From a virus: a DNA stretch of 64,000 nt. The number at the start of each line of letters is the position of its first letter. Position 1 is the stretch's first letter. A program made the translations under genes and the position numbers. The stretch is taken from the IMG/VR virus record IMGVR_UViG_3300037882_001801, positions 1 to 64,000 of that record; one strand, written 5' to 3'. The notes under the pieces are model-generated. The model saw nothing but the letters and a program-made list of their open reading frames with translations, did no database searches and had not been told where the DNA came from. Of the stretch, positions 9,961 through 19,108 are shown in pieces.

Positions 9961-9993
9961 AACTGAAAACGCCAACCTGGAAATGGTTTTTCC

Positions 9994-11457
9994 ATGAAAT
10001 CGTCCACGGCTCCAACTGCTAAACCCGCCAGCCTGATGTTTCAGAACAGCTGGCAGGACCGGGAATACCAGACGGAAGCCGTGGACTTTTTAGTTCGACG
10101 CAAAGGTGGTGGAATTCGAGCCTCAACGGGCGCGGGTAAGACTTTCATTTCTTTGACTGCTGTAGAGAAAATTGGTTTTACACAACTTCTTATACTTGTT
10201 CCAACTATAACTGTTTTGCTTGCTTGGGAGAAAGGTCTCTCTGAATTTGGCTATAAAGAAGGCGTCGACTTCTTGGTCATGAATAAATTCAAAGAAGCTG
10301 AGCGTTACAAAGTCTATAAAGAAAAGAAATTCAAAATAGTTGTCATGCTCTATCTTGTCATGACTCGCGATAGGAATCTTATTCGTGAATGTGACTTCGA
10401 GCCGGATGTGTTCATCTGCGATGAAGCCCACGCACTGTCGAACCGCCAGACGGGTACATTCAAAGCATTCAAACAACTGGCGTTGAATAAAGTCTGCATC
10501 TTCCTAAGTGCGACGATCCAGCAGCGTGGTCCACAAGATCTGTGGACGTGGCTGCACATGCTTAGTCCAAAGGTGTTCCGCAGCTACCATGCTTTCGTGG
10601 AACGCTACTGTGTAATGGAAAACGATGGCTATAGCACCAAGCCAGTTGGCGTCCGAGAAGACAATTTGGTCGAGCTTCGTCTTCGTGTGGCAGGATTCGT
10701 CTTTAACATTCCGAAGTCGCGTCTGAAAGGTTTCGTACCAGAACGAAATCGCCAGCGGCTCATTGTCGAAATGGATAAGACGGTCTCCAAGGCGTACAAG
10801 CAACTGTACCGAGAGCGCATACTAGAGCTGCCGGGTTCAACACCACTGTTGGCACCAAACGTCCTGACCAAAGTGCTGAAGCTTCGCCAGTTGCTAGCGT
10901 GTCCGCCAATCCTAAAGCTGAGATCTTTTGGGCCTATTATAGATATCGTAGAACACGCCAAAATGCGTGATCCAGAGCCTTACTGTGCCATTTTCACAGA
11001 CTTCAGAATGGCTACGCAAGAATGGCAGTGGTACTTAAACTCAATAGGAGGTGTAGCCCATGTGATTGAAGGTGGAATGGAGCTAGGCGAAATACGTGAA
11101 ACAGTAAATTATTTTAACAATATAGGAAGATTAAGAAACATAGAAGATACAGTCTCTGTTGAAAAAACTAGAACTCGTGAAACTTTTCCTATTGAAAAAC
11201 CACGTTGGTTACTATGCACAATAGGGTCCGCCGTAAGCTTTGATTTGAATTGGTGCACAGAGGCGTATCTGTGTGGGTTCAGCTGGTCTACAAGACAAAA
11301 TTTTCAGGCTGAAGGTCGCTTGACACGAGGTGAAAAAGAGTTTGTCAATCTTTGGTACGTGGAACACAAAGGAACAGTCGAGAGTTCGGTTCTCGATGTG
11401 TTGAATACGAAAACCGAAAACTCATCTCTAGTTGTGAGCGACATTCAAGATGACTGA
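9994..11457 (+). CDS. SF2 helicase (SNF2/DEAH-like)
   Basis: Motif I is ASTGAGKTF, motif II is FICDEAHAL and motif III is FLSATIQ. Confidence 0.8.
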   Translation: MKSSTAPTAKPASLMFQNSWQDREYQTEAVDFLVRRKGGGIRASTGAGKTFISLTAVEKIGFTQLLILVPTITVLLAWEKGLSEFGYKEGVDFLVMNKFKEAERYKVYKEKKFKIVVMLYLVMTRDRNLIRECDFEPDVFICDEAHALSNRQTGTFKAFKQLALNKVCIFLSATIQQRGPQDLWTWLHMLSPKVFRSYHAFVERYCVMENDGYSTKPVGVREDNLVELRLRVAGFVFNIPKSRLKGFVPERNRQRLIVEMDKTVSKAYKQLYRERILELPGSTPLLAPNVLTKVLKLRQLLACPPILKLRSFGPIIDIVEHAKMRDPEPYCAIFTDFRMATQEWQWYLNSIGGVAHVIEGGMELGEIRETVNYFNNIGRLRNIEDTVSVEKTRTRETFPIEKPRWLLCTIGSAVSFDLNWCTEAYLCGFSWSTRQNFQAEGRLTRGEKEFVNLWYVEHKGTVESSVLDVLNTKTENSSLVVSDIQDD

Positions 11458-12634
11458 AACCGACACCGACACCGCCTATATCTCTACGTCAGATCGCACA
11501 GCGTTTCGTTCCTGTCGTCGTAAATGGAACTGGTCTTCACCACTGCGAGAATCGCTACAGAAGGTCGAGAAGAAGCACCCGCTGTGGTTCGGCTCCGGGA
11601 TGCACCATGTTCTGGAAGACTTCCACGGCGAGAAGGTCTACAAGCACACTGACGATGCTATCAAAGACTATTTGGATGCCACCAAGAAAGAGTATGGTCC
11701 TGCGAACCTACCGGATACCCTGTCACAAGACGGCGAGATGATGTCGAGCATCATGTCCCACTACAAGGATGGGTGGCTCAAAGCACGGAATCGTTCACCA
11801 CTTGAAACATACGAAGTAAAAGGCGAACCGCAAGTCGAAGTGCCATTCGAGTTTGAGATACCGCTGCCAAAGGATGTGCTCAGCAAAAGCGGTTACAAAC
11901 GCGTCGTCTATCGCGGTGTACTAGATCGGGTTGTTGTCGATGATGACGGTTATCTGTGGATTCAGGATTACAAAAACGTTGCTAGGTTTACGGATCAGCG
12001 ACACCTGGAATTAGATTCGCAAATCGGCGCTTACCTGTGGGCGGCGAGCTACATCTATAAGAGGCCGACGATCGGCTTCATCTACACCCAGTTTCGAAAA
12101 ACAAAAATTGAACCACCTAGAATTCTGAATAGTGGTGACATCAGTGCCGCTAAAGATCAGAACACAACATACTTTCTGTATCGGTCAGCACTTCATGTAA
12201 AGTACGGGCCAAACAACATACCAGAATCAAACATCGCTTGTTTGAACCACATGGCAACTTTGGAAGAACTGGAAGCCGACAAGTTTATCCGACGAGATCG
12301 CGTCACTCGCACAAAAGTAAACCACACATCCGAAGCTGAGAAAATCCTAGCTGAAGTAACTGAAATGCTTAACCCAGATCTGGCCATGTATCCAAATCCG
12401 AACTTCATGTGCCCAGCCATGTGTTCATTCGTCGAACCATGTCTGGCTACGGATCGTGGAGAAGATCCAAACGATTATCTGGAAATTGATTACGCACCGC
12501 AAAGCTATAAACAAAGAAACGAGTGGCGAAAACATCTAAAACTTGGGCGAAGAAATGAAAAAGAAGTATTGCAGATTTCTGCCTCAACTGGTAAGACTTC
12601 TGTGTCAATGAGCAAATCAGCGAAGAAAAAATAG
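11450..12634 (+). CDS. PD-(D/E)XK exonuclease, Cas4/RecB-like with Cys cluster
   Basis: Core is GVLDRVVVDDDGYLWIQDYKN (D...DxK). There is one N-terminal Cys (FRSCRRKW) plus C-terminal CPAMCSFVEPC, matching the 1+3 Cys arrangement of Cas4-type Fe-S nucleases. Confidence 0.75.
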   Translation: MTETDTDTAYISTSDRTAFRSCRRKWNWSSPLRESLQKVEKKHPLWFGSGMHHVLEDFHGEKVYKHTDDAIKDYLDATKKEYGPANLPDTLSQDGEMMSSIMSHYKDGWLKARNRSPLETYEVKGEPQVEVPFEFEIPLPKDVLSKSGYKRVVYRGVLDRVVVDDDGYLWIQDYKNVARFTDQRHLELDSQIGAYLWAASYIYKRPTIGFIYTQFRKTKIEPPRILNSGDISAAKDQNTTYFLYRSALHVKYGPNNIPESNIACLNHMATLEELEADKFIRRDRVTRTKVNHTSEAEKILAEVTEMLNPDLAMYPNPNFMCPAMCSFVEPCLATDRGEDPNDYLEIDYAPQSYKQRNEWRKHLKLGRRNEKEVLQISASTGKTSVSMSKSAKKK

Positions 12635-12655
12635 TTTTCTCAGGAAGAAGCCGAA

Positions 12656-13600
12656 ATGAACACGAAGGTCAGAAGGGCGCTGGATGAGCCTGCCAGCACT
12701 GCCCCCTCCAAGGCGCCATTCCAGATCTCTACAGGGGTCAAAGCGTCAGAGCTGTGGCTAAAGATCTTGCTCTATGGTGAATTCGGTTCTGGTAAAACCG
12801 TATTGGCAGGTCAGGCTGCTGACGTGCCGCATATGTGTGATGTACTGTTCATCGACGTGGAACGCGGCAAGACCTCTCTGCGTGGCTCTGATGCGGTGGA
12901 GAATTTCCACAACATCGACTTCATCGAGTGTAAAGACTTCGCCAAATTCGACGCCATTCACCAAATGCTGATTTCCTACTGCCAAGCGCGGGATGACGAC
13001 GATCAGGAACGCCTGGATAGGATGGCCGCGAAATACGGCTTCGACCCAACGCGTCGATATCGCACTGTCATTATCGATTCGCTGAGCGAATTGAATTCGA
13101 TTTCGCTTCAGCGTGCGTTCTCAGAAGACATGGATAACCTGCTATCCCATGCCGATTCGGATGACACGCGTCGCGACTACGGCCGGAACAAGCAGTCGAT
13201 CCTAAAGGTCGTGCGCGCTGTGCGAAACCTGCCGATGCACATCATCATGACGTGCGCTTCGGAGTGGGATGAAGACGAGCGGAAGAAGCTGAAACACCAG
13301 CCGCGCCTAACCGGCTCGCTTTCCAAAGAGATCCAAGCCTTTTGGGAAGTGGTGGGTTTTCTAGAAACGAAAGCTGCACGATCCGAAGGCGAAGGCGGTG
13401 TTGAAGATGTCAGTGTTATGCGGCGTTTGTGGCTTCAGCCTGTCGGCAAGTTCGACGCTAAGAACCGTCTAGCCAACCAGAGCGTGACACACATTGACGA
13501 TCCGTCGATGGAAAAACTCATCTCGCTTCTGGTGGGTAAGAAAAAGAAACCAGTCTTACAGGAGGAAGAGCAGAAACAAAAACCAAAGCTGAGAAAATAA
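12656..13600 (+). CDS. RecA-fold AAA ATPase (Sak4-like recombination protein)
   Basis: Walker A is LLYGEFGSGKT and Walker B is VIIDSLSEL. It sits beside a DUF669-like gene and a Cas4-like nuclease, as in known phage recombination modules. Confidence 0.7.
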   Translation: MNTKVRRALDEPASTAPSKAPFQISTGVKASELWLKILLYGEFGSGKTVLAGQAADVPHMCDVLFIDVERGKTSLRGSDAVENFHNIDFIECKDFAKFDAIHQMLISYCQARDDDDQERLDRMAAKYGFDPTRRYRTVIIDSLSELNSISLQRAFSEDMDNLLSHADSDDTRRDYGRNKQSILKVVRAVRNLPMHIIMTCASEWDEDERKKLKHQPRLTGSLSKEIQAFWEVVGFLETKAARSEGEGGVEDVSVMRRLWLQPVGKFDAKNRLANQSVTHIDDPSMEKLISLLVGKKKKPVLQEEEQKQKPKLRK

Positions 13601-13614
13601 AATCAGATTTGGTG

Positions 13615-13643
13615 TTGACGAAAAATACAGACTAGAGTAAGAA
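13615..13643 (+). promoter_or_regulatory. Weak sigma70-like promoter candidate
   Basis: TTGACG (13615-13620), 17-nt spacer, TAAGAA (13638-13643), in the 123-bp gap before 13724. The -10 element is poor. Confidence 0.3.
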
Positions 13644-13723
13644 ACAAGTACCGAGTGCGACGAACCAGTCTATAGAAAAAATCGCACCGTGTCAGCAAGA
13701 TCGAACCAAAGGTAATACACACA

Positions 13724-14449
13724 ATGGCAAAACCTGATCCGAAGAAGCCATCGCGATACGAAGATGACGATGATGATCTCGAAGCGCGTCAGAAGGCGCG
13801 TCGTGAGAAGGAAAAGGCTGCGAAGGCTGCTCCGAGTGACGATGACGACGACGATGTTCCTAAGAAGAAGTCACGCGCGTCTGACGAAGACAACGAATCG
13901 CCGAAGCAAAAGTCTCGTGCACGCGACGACGACGACGATGACAACAAAGGTGATGATGACGAGGAAGTTTACAACCTCGCAGAGGCGGATGAAAACTCTG
14001 TAGGACAATTCGAAGTCCTGCCGAAAGGGGACTACATCTGTCAGGTCTCGCAGACGGATTTCAAAGAGTTCTCAACTGGCTCGAAGGGTATGAAAGTCGT
14101 CTTGAAAGTTTCGGAAGGTCCGTTCGCCAAGTCCAAAGACCGCAAGAGTGCAGCTCAGCTGTTCACGAACGTGGTTCTGACTTCAGAAACTCTCAACATC
14201 GTCAAGGCCAACCTCAAGGCGATGGGTGCTCCGAAATCGATCTGGAATGCTGAGAAGTTCAAAGCGTCAATGCTGCAAGAACTGGCTGATAGCGGTGAGC
14301 TTCTAGGTAACGATGTTGTTGCCTCAGTCAGCATTCGTGAGTACGAAGGCAAGAAACAGAACAACGTCACGCGGATGCGTCATCCTGAAGACAAGGGTTC
14401 TGGAAAAGCTGCCGCGAAGGGTCGAGATCGCTTCATGGGCGACGACTAA
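13724..14449 (+). CDS. DUF669-like protein (putative ssDNA-binding partner of Sak4) with acidic low-complexity N-terminus
   Basis: The core FEVLPKGDYICQVSQTDFKEFSTGSKGMKVVLKVSEGPF...LFTNVVL fits my memory of the DUF669 pattern. The N-terminal 90 aa are D/E/K-rich. Confidence 0.6.
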   Translation: MAKPDPKKPSRYEDDDDDLEARQKARREKEKAAKAAPSDDDDDDVPKKKSRASDEDNESPKQKSRARDDDDDDNKGDDDEEVYNLAEADENSVGQFEVLPKGDYICQVSQTDFKEFSTGSKGMKVVLKVSEGPFAKSKDRKSAAQLFTNVVLTSETLNIVKANLKAMGAPKSIWNAEKFKASMLQELADSGELLGNDVVASVSIREYEGKKQNNVTRMRHPEDKGSGKAAAKGRDRFMGDD

Positions 14450-14460
14450 GCCTAAGCTGT

Positions 14461-14536
14461 GGGGCGGTAGCTCAGTGGTCAGAGCTGGTGGCTCATAACC
14501 GCTAGGTCGTAGGTTCAAATCCTACCCGCCCTACCA
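14461..14536 (+). tRNA. tRNA with CAU anticodon (elongator Met, or Ile2 if lysidinylated), CCA encoded
   Basis: I folded a 76-nt cloverleaf by hand: acceptor GGGGCGG/CCGCCCT (G1-U72), D arm GCTC-AGTGGTCA-GAGC, anticodon arm GGTGG-CTCATAA-CCGCT, variable AGGTC, T arm GTAGG-TTCAAAT-CCTAC, then A-CCA. It lacks the initiator hallmarks (no 1-72 mismatch, no three G-C pairs in the anticodon stem). Confidence 0.9.
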
Positions 14537-14539
14537 ACG

Positions 14540-14614
14540 GCACACGTGGCGGCTTGTGTTTAGCGGCATAAGCAGCTGGTTCATCGATGGGCCGATGGAC
14601 CGCGCCACGTGTGC
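14540..14614 (+). ncRNA. Candidate structured RNA element immediately 3' of the tRNA
   Basis: A perfect 12-bp closing stem (GCACACGTGGCG 14540-14551 with CGCCACGTGTGC 14603-14614) encloses a 9-bp hairpin (14578-14586 with 14593-14601, one G-U) and a 4-bp GCTT/AAGC hairpin. It does not fold as a tRNA. Confidence 0.35.
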
Positions 14615-14706
14615 TTTAGAATTTCGAATCGGCGGTGAGGTTAACCCCCTTCTCCACACCGCTGGTGACACAGGCTCCCTTAGCCCCTTGGTAGACTGTG
14701 TGAGTT

Positions 14707-14748
14707 GGCTCTGCGATGGTTTCCCCCTCGCAGGGCCGATTTATTTTT
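14707..14748 (+). terminator. Canonical intrinsic terminator 20 nt upstream of the polymerase ATG
   Basis: A 10-bp stem (GGCTCTGCGA with TCGCAGGGCC, one G-U) has an 11-nt loop and is followed by GATTTATTTTT. Confidence 0.8.
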
Positions 14749-14768
14749 AACCTGATGGAAAGCACAAC

Positions 14769-17324
14769 ATGGACGAACCAAAACGCTCTCGGGCAGCAAT
14801 CCAAGCGCAGATGGCCAGATTGATGGCCCCCGATAAGTGTCAGAACTGTCCGTTCAAGTCTCGCACCTGCGGCACCAGAGGTGACCCGAAGGCGCCAATC
14901 GTCATCGTCGGTGAAAGCCCTGGCCTCAATGAGATTACGGAAGGTCGGCCGTTCGTTGGGCCGTCAGGAGAACTGCTGTCTCGGATGCTTAAAAAAGAAG
15001 GTATTGATGAAGACGAAATCTATTTTATCAACGCTATCCAGTGCCTGCCACCTAGATCCCGAGACAAGAACGGCAAGTCGAAGAAAGATGAACTCGGAGT
15101 GATGAACGATGCAGGGCGTGCTTGTCGTTCGCGTTTGATTGAACAAATCACAGCGCACCCGCGAGATATAGTCATCGCGATGGGAGCGCTTGCTGCAAAG
15201 ACCACGACACATATGTGGAACAGGGCGATAACGCGCGTACGTGGTCAAATGGAAGAAAGCCAGGAGCTTGGGTGCTCAATCCTGCAGACGCTTCACCCGG
15301 CTTACATCCTGCGCAACCCAAGCGCACTGCCGCAGCTCAAGTCAGATCTATCGAAAGCTGCGAAGATGCTTCGTGGTGAGAAGTTCCCGAATCCTGACTA
15401 TAAGTACAGGCTTCTTAAGTCACGCGCAGATATTCGTGAAGTATTTGATACACACCGTGACAGTTCGAGTCGTATTGTTGCTGACATCGAGACGACTGGT
15501 CTCGACATCGTAGCGGACAAATTCCTATGTATTGGGTTCATGTTCGAAGATGAAGTCGATCCATTCGGGCACAACATGGTCTATGTCGTAGACGGTCGAC
15601 AGAATGGAGCTATCTTAAGATATCTATTTGAATATGCTAAATCACAAGAAGACACCTATAAAGATTATCTTGAATGGGTTTGGCACAATGGTAAGTTCGA
15701 TTCATCGTTTTTGAAATCACTAGGTGTAGCAGCCGAAGTACACCAAGATACGCTACTTTTGTCTTATACCTTGGACGAGAACGGTGGTCGGCATTCACTA
15801 GAGCAGTGTATCTCTGACCACCTTGGTATTCCGAATTACAAGAACATGCTTGAAGAATATGTTGGCAAAGGCGTGAAGAAGCGCAGTTACGGTGATGTCC
15901 CTAAACCTGTTCTCTACGACTATCTGGCTCGGGATGTCGTGCACACTGCACTGCTATTTCGCAAACTTCACGAGGATGTTTTCCCAACCATGTATGGGAT
16001 TAAGTCGAACTCCCAGCGTGACCGGAGACTCAACCTTCAGAGTGCATACCGGGATCTGTTGATCCCGGCCGCTAATACTTTGGGCAACATCGAACTGGCT
16101 GGAATGCCTATCGACAAGAGGGTCTTGCTTGAAAGCGAAGCCGAACTGGAAGCGGAGATCAAACCCCTCGTAGCCACGATGCGTAGCTTGTTGCGGGATA
16201 AAAGTTTCAACCCGAACTCCAGAGACGACATTCTGGCTACGCTCAAGCGTCAATGGAACCTGGAGCTTCCAGACACTAAAAAGGAAACACTCGAAAAGCA
16301 TAAGGCAAACCCTCTAGTTTCGTCACTGTTAGAATACAAGAAGAAGACCAAACAACTAAGCACTTACATCACCAGCTACAAGAAATTCGGTGATCGTGTC
16401 CACTGTTCTTATTTGTTGCACGGAACAGTAACGGGTCGTCTGTCGAGTACAAAACCAAACCTACAGAATATCCCCAAAAAAGAAATCGTACGGAAGCACT
16501 TCTGTGCACCAGAAGGTCGCGTGTTTGTTTCATTCGATTACTCTCAGGCAGAGCTGCGGTCGCTGGCTGTGTTGAGTGGTGATCAAGCTTTGATAGACAT
16601 CTTCAAGATCGGCGTCGACATGCACGCAGTTGTTGCGGCAAAAGCCTACGGAAAACGGTTCACGGATCTGCTGCCAGAGCTGACCGACGAGCATGGTAAG
16701 AAGTATGAAAACCCCCTGTATGCTGAATTGAGGCGTAACGCTAAAACAATCAACTTTGGAATTGTCTACGGAGCGACTGAACGAACACTTATGAACAGGC
16801 TTGGGATCTCCTTTGCGGAAGCGCACCTGCTAATCGATGGCTGGTTTAAGCTGTTTCCGAAAGCCAAGGCATTCATGGAAGAATGTCGTAAAGCACCTAC
16901 AATAGGTCGGCTCTCCACAGTCTTCGGGCGTGAGCGTAGGTTCTATGTTACAACGCCATCCAACCTGCATTCACAGGCCAACCAAGCAGGCAACTTCCCG
17001 CACCAGTCGATGTGCTCTGACTTCACATTGATGTCGGCCATCGAGATTGATAGGGAAAAACAGCGGCGCGGGGGTCGGCTCCCAGGTAACGCTTTCCAGG
17101 TCAACATCGTCCACGACGATAACCTGTTCGAGTGCGATGATGACGATCGAGCCATCGACGCATTACGCAAGATCGTTCAGCCCATCATGGAACGCGTCCC
17201 GGTCGACAAAGGTATCACCGCACTCACCTTCACTTCAGACGCGAAGAAGGGTAAAGACTGGTGGAAAACTGAGAAGCCGACAGAAGTTGTAGATCTGAGT
17301 GAGTTCGAAGAAGAACTGGAATAA
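14769..17324 (+). CDS. Fusion of family-4 uracil-DNA glycosylase, 3'-5' exonuclease and family A DNA polymerase
   Basis: UDG-4 motifs: CQNCPFKSRTC, IVIVGESPG, PFVGPSGELL, HPAYILRNP. Exonuclease motifs: DIETTGL, HNGKFD, YLARD. Pol A motifs: A FDYSQAELR, B RRNAKTINFGIVYG, C IVHDD. Confidence 0.9.
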   Translation: MDEPKRSRAAIQAQMARLMAPDKCQNCPFKSRTCGTRGDPKAPIVIVGESPGLNEITEGRPFVGPSGELLSRMLKKEGIDEDEIYFINAIQCLPPRSRDKNGKSKKDELGVMNDAGRACRSRLIEQITAHPRDIVIAMGALAAKTTTHMWNRAITRVRGQMEESQELGCSILQTLHPAYILRNPSALPQLKSDLSKAAKMLRGEKFPNPDYKYRLLKSRADIREVFDTHRDSSSRIVADIETTGLDIVADKFLCIGFMFEDEVDPFGHNMVYVVDGRQNGAILRYLFEYAKSQEDTYKDYLEWVWHNGKFDSSFLKSLGVAAEVHQDTLLLSYTLDENGGRHSLEQCISDHLGIPNYKNMLEEYVGKGVKKRSYGDVPKPVLYDYLARDVVHTALLFRKLHEDVFPTMYGIKSNSQRDRRLNLQSAYRDLLIPAANTLGNIELAGMPIDKRVLLESEAELEAEIKPLVATMRSLLRDKSFNPNSRDDILATLKRQWNLELPDTKKETLEKHKANPLVSSLLEYKKKTKQLSTYITSYKKFGDRVHCSYLLHGTVTGRLSSTKPNLQNIPKKEIVRKHFCAPEGRVFVSFDYSQAELRSLAVLSGDQALIDIFKIGVDMHAVVAAKAYGKRFTDLLPELTDEHGKKYENPLYAELRRNAKTINFGIVYGATERTLMNRLGISFAEAHLLIDGWFKLFPKAKAFMEECRKAPTIGRLSTVFGRERRFYVTTPSNLHSQANQAGNFPHQSMCSDFTLMSAIEIDREKQRRGGRLPGNAFQVNIVHDDNLFECDDDDRAIDALRKIVQPIMERVPVDKGITALTFTSDAKKGKDWWKTEKPTEVVDLSEFEEELE

Positions 17325-17347
17325 CTAAAAACTGTGGGGAACAGTAA

Positions 17348-17509
17348 ATGCCGCTGGAAAAAATGCTCGGTATAGCTGGACTAATATTCCTAATAGCAGT
17401 ATGTCTTCTGTTAGCTTTTGCGCTTACTGTAGGAGACAACACGTCATCCACTCAAAAGGGACAAAGCTATGAGCGAACAACAAACACACATGACAAGCAC
17501 ACACCTTAA
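17348..17509 (+). CDS. Possible 53-aa single-pass membrane peptide (below the ORF-track cutoff)
   Basis: ATG 17348 has GGGGAA 7 nt upstream. The product MPLEKMLGIAGLIFLIAVCLLLAFALTVGDN... has one TM helix. It ends 1 nt before ATG 17511 and conflicts with the 17469 start of the next ORF. Confidence 0.4.
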   Translation: MPLEKMLGIAGLIFLIAVCLLLAFALTVGDNTSSTQKGQSYERTTNTHDKHTP

Positions 17510-17849
17510 AATGGGCTTCACCGTCGAACAGTTGGATATGGGTGGGTATGTCGTTAACAGTGAAAAAGGCTCTAAAGCTTTTACAACACTCAAAGAAGTT
17601 CAAGACTGGTTTGTTGTAGAGTTAAGAAGAAGCTTCCATGAAGACCCTAGCGTAATGGCAAAGAGGTACGCATCTGAGAGCACGTCCAACGGAATACGTC
17701 TACCAGAACCAAACACACCCGCGTATCGGCCACCTCTGCCAAACACAGACCCTGGAATGATGGAAGACGAAGATTTTTACCCTGGGCGCGCGGCACAACG
17801 TTCACCGCTTGGCCAGCGACTGAAAAGCATAGTTGGATTAGGAACCTGA
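17469..17849 (+). CDS. Hypothetical protein (126 aa; alternative start 17511)
   Basis: ATG 17469 has AAGGGA upstream. ATG 17511 would avoid overlap with the 53-aa ORF. No motifs recognised. Confidence 0.6.
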   Translation: MSEQQTHMTSTHLKMGFTVEQLDMGGYVVNSEKGSKAFTTLKEVQDWFVVELRRSFHEDPSVMAKRYASESTSNGIRLPEPNTPAYRPPLPNTDPGMMEDEDFYPGRAAQRSPLGQRLKSIVGLGT

Positions 17850-17852
17850 ACC

Positions 17853-18539
17853 ATGACCACAACTGTCCGACTCATCTCAGCGTCAGATTACAGCATTGTA
17901 GGCGCTAAGTCTCTTGAAGATCTGATCGTCTATGTAGCTCGGGTATCTAACCCGGCGTCTCAAGAAGCTCAGGTCGGCGGTCAGCGCCTGATTAACTATC
18001 TCATTAAGAACCGGCACTGGTCACCCTTTGAAACGGCAAACGTGACGCTCGAAATAAAGACAACCCGAGATATCTCACACCAGATCTTGCGACACAGATC
18101 GTTTGTGTTTCAGGAGTTCTCGCAGCGTTATGGGCTCGTCCAGTCATTTCACCCTGGTAAGATTGGTCGACTGCAAGATGACAAGAACCGGCAGAATTCG
18201 ATCCCATTGCCAAGCACCGAGGAATTCGCAGCATTGAACGCTGAATGGATTCTCCGACAGAACCGCGTCGTCGAAGTAGCGCGTGAAGAATACGAGTGGG
18301 CGATATCAAAAGGCTTTGCCAAGGAATGCGCCCGCGTCGTGCTGCCGGAGGGCCTGACACTGTCGACGATCTACATGACCGGAAACGTTCGAAGCTGGTA
18401 TCACTACTGCGAAGTTCGGGCCTTGGCCAAGTCAGGTTCGCAACTGGAGCACATTGATGTAGCTATGAAGTGCCATCAGGTGTTGGCAGTTCTCATGCCA
18501 AATATCTTCCCGAGAATTGAAACCGAAAACACAAAATAA
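17853..18539 (+). CDS. thyX: Flavin-dependent thymidylate synthase ThyX
   Basis: Carries the ThyX signature RHRSFVFQEFSQRY (RHRxxSxxxxSxR). At 228 aa it has the typical size. Confidence 0.9.
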   Translation: MTTTVRLISASDYSIVGAKSLEDLIVYVARVSNPASQEAQVGGQRLINYLIKNRHWSPFETANVTLEIKTTRDISHQILRHRSFVFQEFSQRYGLVQSFHPGKIGRLQDDKNRQNSIPLPSTEEFAALNAEWILRQNRVVEVAREEYEWAISKGFAKECARVVLPEGLTLSTIYMTGNVRSWYHYCEVRALAKSGSQLEHIDVAMKCHQVLAVLMPNIFPRIETENTK

Positions 18540-18548
18540 AGATCGCAT

Positions 18549-19076
18549 ATGACACAAAGCACAACAGCACCAATAAGATCTTTTGGCGAACCAAACCCGC
18601 TTAGCGATGCTTTACACGATAACATAAAAGCCTACATCGACCACGAACTACAAGAACACATAGGCAAACATGTCACCAGCACACAAAACGCAGGAGACAT
18701 GTTGAATAGAATCGTTATCGAGATGGCTAACCGTTTTGAGTTCACCAACATGTACGTCGCGGCTATCGAGAAACATATGGCCGACAACCCTGATGTGCTG
18801 AAGAACGCAGTCGACAGATTCATCGCAGTCAGCTTGCCGAGTGTCGTCTTACAGGCCGTCACCAACTTGACGCTGAACGCAATCGTGAATCTGCAACAGC
18901 AAACCATGATCACGACGGGCTCTGTTGTTGGCCAGTCACTGGGCAAGCCTATGTGGGTAGCAGTTCAATCGGCAGTGCAGCAAGCATTCCAGAACGCAGT
19001 GGTCAATTCGAATTTGTCGCACCCGCTAGCGCCAAACGCTGCCAATATTCCCTGGCCTCCGAAAGACCAGTTCTAA
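18549..19076 (+). CDS. Hypothetical protein (175 aa), last gene of the plus-strand block
   Basis: Clean ORF with a start 10 nt after the thyX stop. No motifs recognised. Confidence 0.6.
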   Translation: MTQSTTAPIRSFGEPNPLSDALHDNIKAYIDHELQEHIGKHVTSTQNAGDMLNRIVIEMANRFEFTNMYVAAIEKHMADNPDVLKNAVDRFIAVSLPSVVLQAVTNLTLNAIVNLQQQTMITTGSVVGQSLGKPMWVAVQSAVQQAFQNAVVNSNLSHPLAPNAANIPWPPKDQF

Positions 19077-19108
19077 GGGTGCTAAAGAGTAAGTGTTAGA
19101 AAGGGTCA

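Noticed and set aside
14324-14518. Minus-strand 64-aa ORF overlapping the tRNA
   Set aside because: It is antisense to a confidently folded tRNA and to the end of the DUF669-like gene, so it is a spurious frame.
14540-14614. Possible second (degenerate) tRNA right after tRNA-Met
   Set aside because: I could not build a cloverleaf. The 12-bp closing stem is too long for an acceptor stem, there is no D-arm pairing, and there is no GTTCRANYC T-loop.
14556-14750. 64-aa ORF (alternative start codon) covering the tRNA-to-polymerase spacer
   Set aside because: It has no RBS and a non-ATG start. It runs straight through the 12-bp stem, several hairpins and the intrinsic terminator, and its composition is odd. 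More likely it is non-coding structured RNA. Unproven without ribosome profiling.
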